The notes beneath the pieces are model-generated. The model was not told the origin of the DNA and ran no database searches. It saw nothing but the letters and a program-made list of their open reading frames with translations. A program made the position numbers and the translations under genes. From Octopus vulgaris (taxonomy: Eukaryota), in contig OX597824.1 of assembly GCA_951406725.2 (NCBI GenBank), forward strand, positions 60,760,001 to 60,824,000: a DNA stretch of 64,000 nucleotides. Reading direction: 5' to 3'. Below are positions 1-13,251 of the stretch, one piece after another (the first letter of the stretch is position 1; the number at the start of each line of letters is the position of its first letter).

Positions 1-490
1 AAACAGCTAGATATGGTGAAAAAATAGTTGTTAGTATGAGGAACTTGTTCATTCTGATTCTTTGTGGAGAGGTTGACTGCATAAAGGCAGTGTGAGATGT
101 GTGATACCAAAAGGTTGTGGGATAAAGACATGGACTGAGTATGGAAGATCTATTTCAGAGGTTGGAAAGAAATGACACATGCATGATATATGGGATGTGA
201 CATTGAAGACATCAGCCAATGTATCCAAGAGAGAGAAATGTTCTGGTTATGGGCAAGTGATGTGAATTGGTGAGGACTGGTAGATGAAATAGTAGTTTGA
301 AGTGATAGAAAATGATGATGCAGGTGAGAGAAGAGTGAGAAAGATGTGTGAAGTTTTGGAAAAGACAGTTGTCATGATGTTGAGCCTAATTGATGTTGAA
401 TTGAAATAGTATTAAGCATCACATTGGGACTTATTTAAGCCTGTAACTGTATGGAAAAGCATATGTTAAAACAGTGATAATAAAGACAAT
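1..490 (+). repeat. Ancient RTE 3' remnant, copy A of the duplicated intronic segment
   Basis: Collinear with 62296-62860. Confidence 0.75.
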
Positions 491-800
491 GACAACAACA
501 ATGAAGACGAGGATGATGATGATGATGATGATGGAGAAGGTTTACCTAAAGCTAATCTGTTTTGTTTAAAACCGTCAATGTCATATTATATAGGAACATA
601 ATAATAAACAGAAACAGTGAATGTATAACAAAACTCACAATGATAATTTCAGAACTAATTACTGTCCAAATTTCTTATTATTTGATATTATTGTCATAGT
701 TGTCATCATCATCGTCATCATCATCATCATCATCACCATCATTTTCGTCTACATCATTATTGTCATCATCATCATCATCGTCATCGTCACCGTCAACGTC

Positions 801-832
<32 letters not shown>

Positions 833-1118
833 CGTCAGCAACAACAACAATTTATCTTATATTTCTCCACCCATGGTAGTTTGGGTAGATTAGCTACAGT
901 ATATAACAATTTGTTTCAATCAGCATCATATCTTGGGAGGCTTGGTCCCATCAACATAATAAGCTGTTCTTTATCCAACAGCAGTTGTCAATATACAACA
1001 CTGCCAACTCACCTGTACAAAGGATGGTGCAATTTGGGATTTCTTTTTGTACTTTAATTATTATTATTATTATTATATATAAATAGTTAAAGTATCAATA
1101 TTAAATAAATATATTTAC

Positions 1119-1220
1119 TTGAACAGTCTGGTTGAGAAAAGTATTTTGAACTACCACATTTACAATTACAACCATTATCAATCCTTGAACCTTCATTCAG
1201 ACAAACCTTTCCTTTACAAT
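1119..1220 (-). CDS. CAP/CRISP gene exon: EGF-like Cys-rich domain (D)CKGKVCLNEGSRIDNGCNCKCGSSKYFSQPDCS
   Basis: Acceptor ttactttcAG and donor GTaaat. 102 nt, phase 1-1, matching the previous exon. Six Cys in a CxGxVCLNxG...CxCxC...C pattern like the post-CAP EGF-like region of molluscan CRISPs. The gene continues beyond the window start. Confidence 0.85.
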
Positions 1221-2748
1221 CTGAAAGTAAATTAGAAAGTTTTCATGGCTTAATATATTACATTATTGAATTATGTCAGAAATTACATTTTAATTATAAT
1301 GCATTTCTGATAAAAATATAAAACTAAAAATGGGAATATTTGTAAAAAAACAATGCTTTTGTCAAGTTGTAAGAAGGTGGATTGATGACTCATCGTCTGT
1401 TCAGATTTGCCTGATCATGTCTGACCATTGGAACAGTGTATTTCATGGCAGGATGCCCTTTCTGTTACTAACTTTCCCTTCCTGTTTCCAAGCGAATTAA
1501 TAACCTCCCAAGCCTAGTGAACAAATCTCAGACAGTTCAAACATGTTTTATGGAGAGTGGTAGAAATATATGACACTGCATGAATGAGCCATTTGTTTTG
1601 AATGGTGTGCTACATGTGAAGAATTTTCAAAGAGTCTTGACCATGCTTTTGTGGTGGACTGCAAGAAAATCAACCATCAGAATGCTATTCTTTACACATG
1701 CAAACTCACACAGAAACACACACACAACAAGCTTTTTCACTTCCCATCTACCAAATCCACTCACAAGGCTTTGTTCAGCACAAGGTACCCTGCAGTGGGG
1801 TTGAACCCTAAGCCATGCAGTTGGGAAGGAAAGTTCATAACCATGCAGACATGTCTGTGCATGTATAATCCTTTTCTATTATTATTATCTTCTGCAGTAC
1901 CTTCTCCATCATTCCTCGAGTCATTCATGTGCTACACTAAATTATAAAAGACAGTGCAGGAGAACCTGCCATCGTTCTCTTGCAAACCTTTTCTCATGAA
2001 ACTATAATGATACTATTATTGCTATTTGTTCTTTCTAATATTCATCATAATCCCAGTGACTTAGTGATCAGTCAACTGGAATCCTAAACCCACTGACACC
2101 TTAATTTTTTCTGACAATTTTTTTGCTCTTTCTTAATTACATATACTTCTACCAACAACCTACATCATGTTAATATTAACTCTTAATATCTACTGGCTAT
2201 TTGTCTTACAGCACACATTCCCAAGCAGTATATAAATACACTTGTCCCCTATATGGCAAGTTTGACCTATTAATGAAGTTAGTCTCCTGAATCTATAATT
2301 TATGAGCATTATGGTTTTGTTACTATATTTCTGCTGAAATTCACTGCCTTTATTTCAATTAATATTTACAATAATGAAGGTAGCAGGCATTTTGTCGTTC
2401 TGAGTTCAAATTCCACTTTACCTTTCATCATTTCAGGATTGATAAAATAAGTACCAGTTGAGCACTTGGGTTGATGTAATTGACTTACCCCATCCCCTTG
2501 AACTTGCTGGCCTTGTGCTAAAATTTGAAATCTTTATTTACAATTATGAAGAATTTGATAAAATAACTTTGTGATTATTAAGCTGGTATTTAGTTTTAAC
2601 ACAAAAGACAGTATCAAGAGAGGGGTTGGTATCAAAAGGATAACAGATCCTATTAAAGAATTCACACAACAAAATGACAGCTCAACATCCGGCTTATACA
2701 TTCGATTATGAAGGTTTAGAAGTGTATTCAATAAAAAGATTTCCTCAC

Positions 2749-2813
2749 CGATTAGTTGCGTAGGGCCATCACATGATTTATAAGGTCTGTTAAGAGAGTA
2801 AGCACTGTTTCCT
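2749..2813 (-). CDS. CAP/CRISP gene exon: end of CAP domain, (G)GNSAYSLNRPYKSCDGPTQLI
   Basis: Acceptor tgtatgtttcAG and donor GTgagg. 65 nt, phase 2-1. Completes the CNYGPGGN motif and carries the conserved PY. Confidence 0.88.
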
Positions 2814-2875
2814 CTGAAACATACAAAATGAAAAATTTTAAACTGTCAATTCTCTAAAAATCAAAAGGAAAAATA

Positions 2876-3930
2876 TCATCATCATCATCCTCATTGTTTA
2901 ACGTCCGTTTCCCATGCTAGCATGGGTTGGATGGTTCAACCGGGGTCTGGGAAGCCAGGAGGCTGCACCAGGCTCTAGTCTGATCTGGCAGTGTTTCTAC
3001 AGCTGGATGCCCTTCCTAACACCAACCACTCCGTGAGTGTAGTGGGTGCTTTTTACATGCCACCGGCACAGGGGCCAGAGGAGGCTGGCAAGGACCATGA
3101 TCAGTTGATGCTTTTTATGTGCCACAAACATAGAAGCCAGTTAATGGTGGTGCTGGTATTGGCCATGTTTGGATGGTGCTTTTTACGTGCCACTGGCATG
3201 GGTATCACAACTACAATTTCCATTTGATTTCTATTTTGATGTACTTGACTCAATAGGTCTCCTCAAGCACAGCCGGTTGCTCTATGATCCAAGGTAAGCA
3301 CAGCAGGTCACGCTATGATCCGTGGTACTTTTGAATGGGCTGGGGCTGGTTATGTGAAACTGGTGTAGGATAGAGCCATGAACTCACTTTAATTGCTGGG
3401 TTTTCACAGTTGCAGCATATCTCCAAAGCTCTTGGTCTTTCATCATTGCCTCTGTAAGACCCAACATTCGAAGGTCATGCTTGACCACCTCATCCCATGT
3501 CTTCCTGGGTCTACCTCTACCCTGGATTCCTTCAACTGTTTAGGAGTGGCACTTCTTCACACATCTCTCCTCATCCATCCATAGTACATGACCATACCAG
3601 CACAAACGTCTCTCTTGCACGTCACATTCGATGCTTCTTATGTCCAACATTTCTCTCAGGGTGCTTACACTCTGTTGTGTGAGCACACTGATATTACACA
3701 TCCAGTGGACCATGCTAGCTTCATTTCTTTCGAGCCTATGCATGTCCTCTGCAATCATGGTTCATGTTTCATTGCCTTGAAACATGGCATTTTGTACACA
3801 TGCATTGTACAATCTACCTTTCACTCTGAGCTAGATGCTTCTTGTCATCAGTAGGGGTAGAAGTTTTCTAAACTTTGCCCAGGCTATTCTTATTTTAGTG
3901 GTAACACGCTCTGAACACCCACCCCGACTA
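2876..3930 (-). mobile_element. RTE LINE 3' fragment with 3' UTR and (GAT)n tail
   Basis: EDMHRLERNEASMVHWMCN...ERRLCWYGHV. Confidence 0.8.
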
Positions 3931-4743
3931 CGATGATAATTTCAGACATCTAACACCATCTTGTGCTTTTCTGTTTCAAATCAAAGAAAGAAAGAAACAT
4001 ACATAGAAATCAATGGCATAAGAAAGCTTGTTTCAAATATGGATATGGAAACCAGATGGTAATAAATTAGCCTTAAATAAAGGTTAAAAGGTTAATTTTT
4101 GTGTTGAATGGAACCAGTTGCAAAAGATGGAGGATAATTTAGATCCTTCACAGAAACAAAGAAACAGTTGCTAACTACTGAAATGATCAGTTTTTATCAC
4201 TTTATCACTTTGCATTTTGATTATAATTGTATTTTGTCTTTCATTATATCTATGAGTTTAGTTTTGTCTGTAAACTACTTAAAACGAAACATCACTTTGG
4301 TTATGCATTCATAGACTGAATGAAATGACAGTAGGATTTAAAGCAGGACCTATTTAAACAATTACCTGCAGAGCTGTATTTTACACTTTGAATGCATAAT
4401 AAGGATTATACAACACCTTACCAATGCAATATGGGTGTAGAAATATGTCAAAACAATTGTCATTACATTTTCAATCATTTATCTATTTCCACAAACTCTA
4501 TATATACTATGGAATTCCTGATGTATATTCAGTAGTAGGAGCATTTCAACTGTATCATGACATCAGATAGCCAATAACTGCAGACGAGCTTTGCATAGCA
4601 TTCTACGGGGTTTTTACCTGAATTTTATCTATCTATCTATCCACATATGTATCTATCATCATCATCATCATCATCATCATTTAGCGTCCGTTTTCCATGC
4701 TAGCATGGGTTGGACGGAAGCATGGGTTGTATATATTTGTGTG

Positions 4744-4790
<47 letters not shown>

Positions 4791-4838
4791 ACGTTAAACA
4801 ATGATGATGATAACGATATATATATATATATACATATA

Positions 4839-5021
4839 TGAGGGTCTGTCGAAAAGTTCATGACTTTGGATGAAAGAAAATACAGGAGGATCAGTTATGA
4901 TTTTGTTCAGCATATTCTCCTCTGAGATTCACATGCTTATCGCAGTAGTTCTTCAGTTTTTTCTTGGAAGATTGGTCCTCCAATTAGGCCCTTAACGTAA
5001 GAACTTTTCAGCATTTTCTCG
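4839..5021. mobile_element. Small mariner-type MITE
   Basis: Imperfect TIRs GAGGGTCTGTCGAAAAGTTC / GAACTTTTCAGCATTTTCTC with TA flanks. Confidence 0.5.
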
Positions 5022-5347
5022 TATATGTGTATTTCTCTCTCTCTCTCTATATATATATATTTGTGTGTGTCTTTTCCTGTCTCATTGTCTTGACATCGGG
5101 CAATAGTTGTTAGTAAGTGTCACTGTCATGTAAATGACGCTCTTTGTTACTTGGAATAAGGTGAATGTTGGTGATAAGAAGGCCATCCAGCTCTATGAAA
5201 TCAGTCTGATCCATATGAACATGTAAAAAGTGCATGCTGCATATATTTATATGTATGTGTGTACACATATATACATATGCATATATATATATATTCTTTT
5301 GTCCTTGTACCTGTTTCAGTCAGTTGACTGCAGCAATGCTAGGCACC

Positions 5348-5414
<67 letters not shown>

Positions 5415-6113
5415 GTATTCCAACAGATCATAATGCAATCTTTGTATTGTCCTTTTTCATGCCCTGATAATTTTCCACCCAAAGTATTTTGAAATGAAAG
5501 ATTATATATTTATATGTATTTTGTAGTTTAAACTGGATGCAAAATGAAACAATTGTAGGTGAAGATGTTCATTAATTAATAAATTAATTTGTATCCATTG
5601 GATCTCTCCATTTTCAAACTTAATAATAATATTTGATGTTTTATTTTTTATATATTACATGGGCAATAATATTTTCAAACAAGAAATTACAATTGTATTT
5701 GATTGTTCAAGTACAATAATTTTGTGTATGTACATATATTTACTTGACTGCTGACATTTATCAATGGTTTCTGTCATTGTTTTGATTGTTTTGGCAATGG
5801 TATTATTCGTTTCGCATTTCTGTAAATTTTCCATAAGTTTTATGTGACAAATTCATTTATTAACAACATAAAATCGATATCTGTGTGAGCACTGTGCTTA
5901 CTAGATGTAACAACCAAGTTACACTCAAATCATACACTTCAAGCTTTATAAAGGATCAACACATTAGAAAGCTTAGCCCAATGTACACTATACTTAAAAA
6001 AAGGCTAGATGGTCACGGCTGGAATGACCTTCCTCAAAAACCTGCTTGAGATAAAACAAGAATGGATATGAAATAACAAGAGAAATATAAAGTGTTTGAA
6101 GGTTTCAGCTTAC

Positions 6114-6202
6114 CCTGGACCATAGTTACATACATACAGCCTTCCTATATTTGTGCAAGCAGTGTATCCACAACCAACAGTAGCAGAGCTGGCCCAGACG
6201 AT
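6114..6202 (-). CDS. CAP/CRISP gene exon: IVWASSATVGCGYTACTNIGRLYVCNYGPG (CAP1 end and CAP2 motif)
   Basis: Acceptor attttacAG and donor GTaagc. 89 nt, phase 0-2. Contains the canonical VWA...VGCG...YVCNYGP signature. Confidence 0.95.
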
Positions 6203-6613
6203 CTGTAAAATTGAAAATAGACTTAAAACTTTATACCTACCATCGTCTACTTCCAAGTAATACATAGAGTTTAATCTAGGGAACTCTAACATCCCACATA
6301 CTCTCTTTCATCATGTTCACCACATTTATATTGATATACTTCATCAGAGCTTATTTTATTTTTCTAAATCTATGAGAATTTCCTGGGTGTCAATAAGTTG
6401 TGTATATTATATTAATATGTATAATATGCTATATACTTTTTTTGTGAGCAACACTTCAGCATTTGAAGCTGTTGAATTATAAGATTTTAAGAAAGTAAAT
6501 CTTATAAAGATGTATATTCAGTAGTAGGAGCATTTCCATTGTATGATGTCATAAGGCAGCCAATGACAGCAGACAAGCTTTGCATAGCATTCTACAGGGT
6601 TTTTACCTGAACT

Positions 6614-6702
<89 letters not shown>

Positions 6703-6944
6703 CACATGTGTATATATATGAATATATACATGTCTATGTGTATATATGTGTGTGTGTGTGCGTAGCTGTATTTCGTCTGCCGTTACGTTCTGAGTTCAAA
6801 TTCTGTTGAGGTCGACTTTGCCTTTCATCCTTTTGGGGTCGATAAATTAAGTACCAGTTACGCACTGGATTGATATAATCGGCTTAATCCATTTGTTTGT
6901 CCTTGTTTGTCCCCTCTGTGTTTAACCCCTTGTGGGTAGTAAAG

Positions 6945-6983
<39 letters not shown>

Positions 6984-6985
<2 letters not shown>

Positions 6986-7575
6986 CGTAGGAGAGGCTGT
7001 GTGGTAAGTAGCTTGCTTACCAACCACATGGCTCCGGATTCAGTCCCACTGCGTGGCACCTTAGGCAAGTATCTTCTACTATAGCCTCGGACTGACCAAA
7101 GCCTTGTGAGTGGATTTGGTAGATGGAAACTGAAAGAAGCCAGTTGTATATATATATATATGATTTGAAAACCCCACTAGAATTGGAGAAAGCGCTCATA
7201 CATGATCTAAGTTATATGATGTATAAAAAATGTAATATACAAATAAATATCTGTAAATATAAACCATCCGATTTTCTGAGTACCTCATTTCTTCTAATAT
7301 AAAATACCTGTACATCATCTCCAAACCTTCCAATATATATATATGTATGTACGTGTGTATATGTTTGTGTGTCTCTGTTTGTCCCCTCCAACATTGGTTG
7401 ACAACTGATGCTGGTGTGTTTATGTCCCCGTAACTTAGTGGTTCGGCAGAGAGACTGATAGAATAAGTACTAGGCTTACAAAGAATAAGTTCTGGGGTTG
7501 ATTTGCTCAACTAAAGGCAGTGGTCCAGCATGGCCACAGTCAAATGACTGAAACAAGTAAAAGAGTAAAAGAGTA
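6984..7575 (+). mobile_element. tRNA-derived SINE with internal (TA)n; same family at about 29394-29800(-), 60222-60668(+) and 60893-61283(-)
   Basis: tRNA-like head GGCTGTGTGGTAAG...TTCAGTCCCACTGCG, a shared body and a short repeated tail. Multiple copies in the window. Confidence 0.8.
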
Positions 7576-8199
7576 TATATGTGGATGCTACACAATGATG
7601 ATGATGATGATGATATATATATATATATATATGAGAGTCTGTTGAAAATGTTCATGAAACAGGACTTGTCATCAAGCGGGTCACACTAATTAAAAAGATT
7701 TTATAAGATTTACTTTCTAAATTTATTTGACACAAACTGGAGTCGTTCTGTTTCTTTTTTGTATTTGTTTAACTGAAGGAGTTTGATGTTTTCTAAATTA
7801 TCCAACGTTTCTTGCTTTACTAAGAGAGTCCACTTAGTAATCTTTTATCTTTTATTAGTTTCAGTCATTAGACTGTGGCCATACTGGGGCACCACCTTGA
7901 AGAATTTTTAGTTGAATGAATCGACTCCAGTACTTGCTTTTAAGCCTGGAACTTATTCTATAGATCATTTTTGTTGGACCGCCAAGATACAAGAACATAA
8001 ACACATCAACACCAGTTGTCAAGCAGTGGCTGGGGACACAGATGCAAAAACATACACACACACACACATATTTATAAGGTTCTTTTTCTCAGTTTCCCTC
8101 AACCTAAACCAGTCATAAGGCTTTGTTTTACCCAACATCATTCGGACAGTGCTGATGGAATATTTTCCACATCATACAGATAATGTAGCGTTCACGGCG

Positions 8200-8910
8200 T
8201 TGCTGGAGTGAATACTTTCAGCTTTTCTAGTCTACCCCAGTAGTCGAGGTCTGACATGCCATCTACCTCTTTTTTGTGATTGACCTTTGGGGAGCTTCAA
8301 TTCTCATAATATTTTGTTTCGTGTAGGGAGACCACAGTGGATAGCAGTATTCAAGGTGGGGTCGGGCAAAAGTGGAGAAGAGAAGGATAATGGTGTGGGA
8401 ATCTCTCGACTGGAAGGTTCTGAGAATCCAGGAACACATTCTGCGGGCCATGTCAACTTTGCTGCTTATATGTGTAGCCCAGCTTATGTTGTCCACAGAC
8501 TGGGATAGAAGGTCTTCTGGTATATATCCAGCATCCAGTGAGTTCTGCCACAGATTGGCTAGAGGGGGTGCAAGTTGGTATTGACACATCTTCAAGACAC
8601 AGGCAGGAAACCTATCGGGACCTACTGCTGAATTATGCTTCATTTCCTTTATTGCTGCTAAGACATCAGGAGCGCCAAAGGTTATGTCCGATAAAGTGTA
8701 TTGGAGAGTAACATCACTGATACAGCCCAGATCAGTCATATCAGGATTGCTGAAAACAGAGCAGTATTGTTTCTGCAACATCTCTCCCATGGTTTTGGCA
8801 TTGTCTTGAAGAGTACCATTTTCATCAATCAGAGGGCCAACAGTAGAACCAGTGACTGTGTTTTTTTGCAAATGAAAAGAACACTTTGGGATTGAGTTTG
8901 ATCTTCTCAA
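8200..8910 (-). mobile_element. CR1/L2-clade LINE ORF2 fragment, internally deleted
   Basis: AIKEMKHNSAVGPDRFPA is joined directly to the C-terminal RPHLEYCYPLWSP, so the RT core is missing. Confidence 0.8.
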
Positions 8911-9218
8911 TGGCCCAGGCCTCTTCAGCTCTTTTCTGACTATTGATGATAGACATCATGTTGTTTTGGAGTTAATGTTTTTTAATCTCTAGCGACAAGA
9001 TGGCAGTCAGGTTGGTGTGTTGCTGTTGACAGTATTTCAGCTTGTTGATTTTTTTGTTAATTCTTTTAATTTTTCCTGATGAGAGTTTTTCTATTTCTAG
9101 GGATTTTGCACATATGTTCGTAATGGTGTCTACAAATGACTGCCAGGACTTTTTGATGTTTTTGGTGTTAGTGGCTGTGTATGTGTGCGTGAAGGACCAA
9201 TATATATATATATATATC

Positions 9219-10388
9219 ACATCACCGACTCCTTCACCTGCACCTCCAGCAATATCATCTATTGCATCTCCTGTTCTCACTGCCATTCCCTGTACATCGG
9301 ACAAATGGGATGCCGCTTGGCTGACCAGTTCGCAGAACACCCCGAGACATCTGCCTCGGCAATGACACCCTGGTCTTATACCATTTCCGCTCCATCGGTC
9401 ACTCCTTGTAACACCTGTCTGTGATCGGATTGTTCTTGCACAGAGGCCATCCGGACTCCTGTTTGCACTGTGAACAGGGATTAATCTTCTCTCTTCGCTG
9501 TTTTATGCCATTTGGGCTCAACTCTCCTCCCCCTCTTCATCTAACCTCCTCCCTGACTCCTACTTCTCTTCACTCCTACATCTCTTCGCCCCTACTCTCT
9601 TACTCGCTTTCTCTCTTATCTCTCACTTTCCTTGTCTCCTCTCTCTCCCCCATCCCTCCTACTTCCTCCCACCCAACTCTCCTCTCTTGCCCCGACTCCT
9701 ACTTCTCTTCACTCCTACTTCTCTTCACCCCTACTCTCTTTCCCTCTTCTCTCTTCTCTCCTACTCTTTTTCTCACCCATCTTTCCTCTTACTCTCTTTC
9801 TCTATTTCTCTCTTCTCTCTTACTCTCTTTCCTCTTTCTCTCTTCCCTCTTTCTCTCTTCTTTCTTATTCTCTTTCTCTCTTCTCCCTTATTCTTTCACC
9901 CTCTCTTTCTCTCTCCTCTCTTACTCCCTTTCTTCTCTCCTCACATACCTCTACCCCCACCCTCTGCCTACCCACAAACCTCAACCCCAACTCTACCCCA
10001 ACCCTCAGGCGAACCCACCCCCCACCCGTGGTTTCCCTAATCTCGCCTCCCCACACCTCCCAACATCACACCACACCACACTACACCATACAACATTACA
10101 CATCACATCACAACACACCACCCACACACCCATCTCCACATTTTCACACCTACACATACATACACGCACACATCCAGACCACCAGCACTCTTTCACATGC
10201 ACATACATACTCTCTTATACACAAACGCACCTTCATGTTGGGGGTCATCTTTACTTTGTTATCTCCCCTACTATCCTTCTCGTGTGTGACCCTTCTGTCC
10301 GAGTCAGTTGCCATGATAGATCGTTAGCCACTACACACATTTTTTTCTCTCCTTGTTTTTTTTTGTGTCTCTTTCTTTAGAAGAGCGT
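9219..10388 (+). mobile_element. Penelope-like element 3' part: GIY-YIG endonuclease remnant, long CT-rich tract and truncated ribozyme-like end
   Basis: HITDSFTCTSSNIIYCISCSHCHSLYIGQMGCRLADQFAEH. A related minus-strand fragment lies at about 31850-32160. Confidence 0.75.
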
Positions 10389-10389
10389 A

Positions 10390-10890
10390 GTCCATGTGTT
10401 TTAAGGAGTCTATCTTCTTTGTGAAGTGGCGTTGGATCACTTCTAGTTCTGCAATTACTTTTACACTCTGTGGGGACCACAGTTGGGAGCAGTAGTCCAT
10501 ACAACTGAGGACAAAGGTTCTCCAAAGCAGAAGCATTGTGTCTCTGTTGCTCTTCCTGTTCCTGAAGGATCTAGAGATCCAACTTGTCATCCACCTGCAT
10601 AGTATTGCCATCTGAGCAATATGCACATGGAAGCTTGCGTCGTTGCTCACGTGGATTCCCAATTCATGCACCAACTCTAACTCTGTAATTACATTGCCTT
10701 CTGGTCCCGTGTACTTCAACTGCAGTTTATTTGTGGGCTGATAGCCGAGTGCTTCGAATTTTGCGCCATTGAACTGCATATTATTCTCATCAGCTCATTT
10801 ATATATTGCGTTCAGGTCATTCTGCAGTCTTAGGATGTCAGAAGGATCCTTGACCGCCTGCAGTACTTTTGTATTATCGGCGTAGCTGGT
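10390..10890 (-). mobile_element. CR1/L2-clade LINE RT fragment
   Basis: YADNTKV...LQNDLNAIY...MQFNGAKF...MDYCSQLWSP. Confidence 0.8.
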
Positions 10891-11558
10891 GAGTGTTCCA
10901 AGTAAGTTTATTTTAATATTTTTGATGCGACTCTACTCTATATTGATTTCTCCCCCTTTCGTATCCACTCCCATCCTTTTCTCTTTTCCCTTTTCTTCCC
11001 TTCACCACTATCTATCTGTCACCCTCTCTCTCTCCCTTTCTCTCTCTTGTTGCTCACATGTGAACATTGTCCATCTTTCTTTTCCTCACATGATCATCTT
11101 TCTTAATTTTCAGGACAGTCCTAAGGACTGGACGTATTCTATCTTTTCTCTTGTCAAAGAAAATATTTCTCTAGTGTTCGCTATTTCGTTCTGGTCTAAC
11201 GACCCTCCATGTTTGTTTTCATTCGGTTTCCTTGTATGTCTCCACTGTCCTGTTTTGTTCCCAACTTTGACCCTCCATGAATTCCAAATTTTATTTTGGT
11301 ACTTATGGGAGCATCTATCTTATAAGACTCATATAGTCCTTCAATGCTCGAAATGAGGAGTAGACAGCCGAAGACTGATGAAGGGTCATTCTTTGTGCTA
11401 TAATTGTCCTGTTTTCCATTTTTTGTCTCGTTGTTTGCGTATTGAACTCATTTGTTTTTTTATTACACGCTGTTTACTGTTAGTGACATCCTGTACCCAT
11501 ATATGCAGAATGTGTGTGTGTGTATATATATATATATATTATTTATATTATTATTTGT

Positions 11559-11875
11559 TGAGGCGAAATGGCCCAGTGGTTAGGACAGCGGTCGGAGGAA
11601 AGCGGTTTGATTCCCAGACTGGGCGTTATGTGTGTTTATTGAGCGAAATCACCTAAAAGCTCCACAAGGCTCCGGCTCCGGCTGGGGGTGGTGGCGACCC
11701 CTGTTGTACTCTTTCACCACAACTTTCTCTCACTCTCTCTTCCTGTTTCTTGAGTAACGCTGCGATGGACTGGTGTCTCGTCCAGCTGGGGGGAACACAT
11801 ACGCCTCAGAAACTGGGAAACTGGGCCCATGAGCCTGGTTAGGCTTGAAAAGGGCGACGTTTATCGTTTTTTTTT
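11559..11875 (+). mobile_element. tRNA-derived SINE with a MetaSINE-like central domain
   Basis: A/B-box-like TGGCCCAGTGGTTAG and GGTTTGATTCCC, followed by CTGCGATGGACTGG...CGTCCAG. Confidence 0.55.
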
Positions 11876-11994
11876 TATAATATTACTTGACTGAACGCCA
11901 TGCATCAATTTGCATGGGAAGCAGTAATTGAAGTAGATATTTTTGTTACATGTTATTATTAGTTGAAAAAGAGCCGCAATAATTATGCACTAAC

Positions 11995-12062
<68 letters not shown>

Positions 12063-12318
12063 ATAGGGTTCAGCAAAGAATTGCTTTACCGTGGATTGTT
12101 TTCGAGTAATTTGTCTCTTTTTAAAGTAGAGGAAATAGCTAAGGTTCTTTGGCTGCTATTTCATGTCGAATTGTACTTGGTGAAATCATTGATTACTAGT
12201 TAATTAATTAATTTTACCCTTTGTTATTATTGATAATATGTATATATTGATGAATAAACAACATTATAATATGATATTAAATAGATTATATATATTTCAT
12301 TATATATATTATACATAC

Positions 12319-12455
12319 CTGACCATAATGTCCTGTCTTTTTATGGTCATTTGTTCCATTATAAGTGAAGCTCTTATTTTCAGCATTCCATGATCCTATT
12401 ACGTGTGTCCAATTTACATGTCTAAGGCCCAAATTCTGTCCAACGTCAAATTTTC
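12319..12455 (-). CDS. CAP/CRISP gene exon: (G)KFDVGQNLGLRHVNWTHVIGSWNAENKSFTYNGTNDHKKTGHYGQ
   Basis: Acceptor tttgtattgtAG and donor GTatgt. 137 nt, phase 1-0. Contains CAP4 GQNL, WxxE and CAP1 GHYxQ. Confidence 0.93.
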
Positions 12456-13251
12456 CTACAATACAAAAATCATTTTAATATTTAATTTTCCATACAGGTA
12501 TTATTTAGGAGAATTTAACTGCTTCCGTCCAGTCATTGGACTTCCCTTTCAAAAAAGTAAAACGAGTGGTTATTTGTGAGTGAGAATGGTTTGATAGAAT
12601 ATATATCAAGCTTTCACTAATTGTTCTAGGTGTCTATGTCGTATAGGAATTCCATGGCTAATACCCCCATATCATACAATTAGTCACAAATGTTTTCAGC
12701 AGTTACTACAGTGAAATCTTCTCTTGTATGTGGAGACACCATAATAATAAATTTTGCGTAGGCACCACAATTAACCTTGTATTAACCCTGTGAATCAGCG
12801 TATTTCTATGCATAGGTACTCGATTCCCACCTTTGGCCTTAACCATTCCACTTTACAAGCTGATGATATCCATAATTTGGAGGATTCTGAGATTACTTAT
12901 AAAGTGTATTGGTCAATGCTAGGACGTGCAATACCATACTGGGGAGGTAAGCATCCCTGTGTACAAAGGAGGGTTTCAAGACTGTATCATGTAATAGAAA
13001 ACACCTTAATACCGCACACACTTACAGAATAAAATGTTCCAAAATTACTGGACAGAAATATCCTGAACTATACTAGTGCACTACCTGTCATACAGTTAAT
13101 ATGGGAGTAATAGCCATGGAAATCTTATGTTATGGGTACGAAAGGCCATAGCCTTGATCTCCATCTTCCGTTTGTTTTCTGCTTCTACTCTGTGCCCCCA
13201 GTTACACTGTTCCACAGATGCTACTGATAATTTGCAAAATGGGGTTATATA

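Noticed and set aside
621-893. ORFs with Ile/Val, YI or HT runs (also near 5230, 27100, 34316, 40200, 43100 and 57700)
   Set aside because: Microsatellite translations.
1013-1051. Possible 39-nt minus-strand exon IQKEIPNCTILCT after the EGF exon
   Set aside because: The acceptor is poor. Paralogy with the 62-kb region predicts that the next exon is a ShKT exon outside the window. Not fully excluded.
6984-7060. tRNA-like sequences
   Set aside because: They are SINE heads continuing into repeated SINE bodies. No complete cloverleaf is evident.
9421-10380. 319-aa Leu/Ser-rich ORF, the longest in the track
   Set aside because: It translates a CT-rich low-complexity tract and is open in several frames. 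No domain is recognisable.
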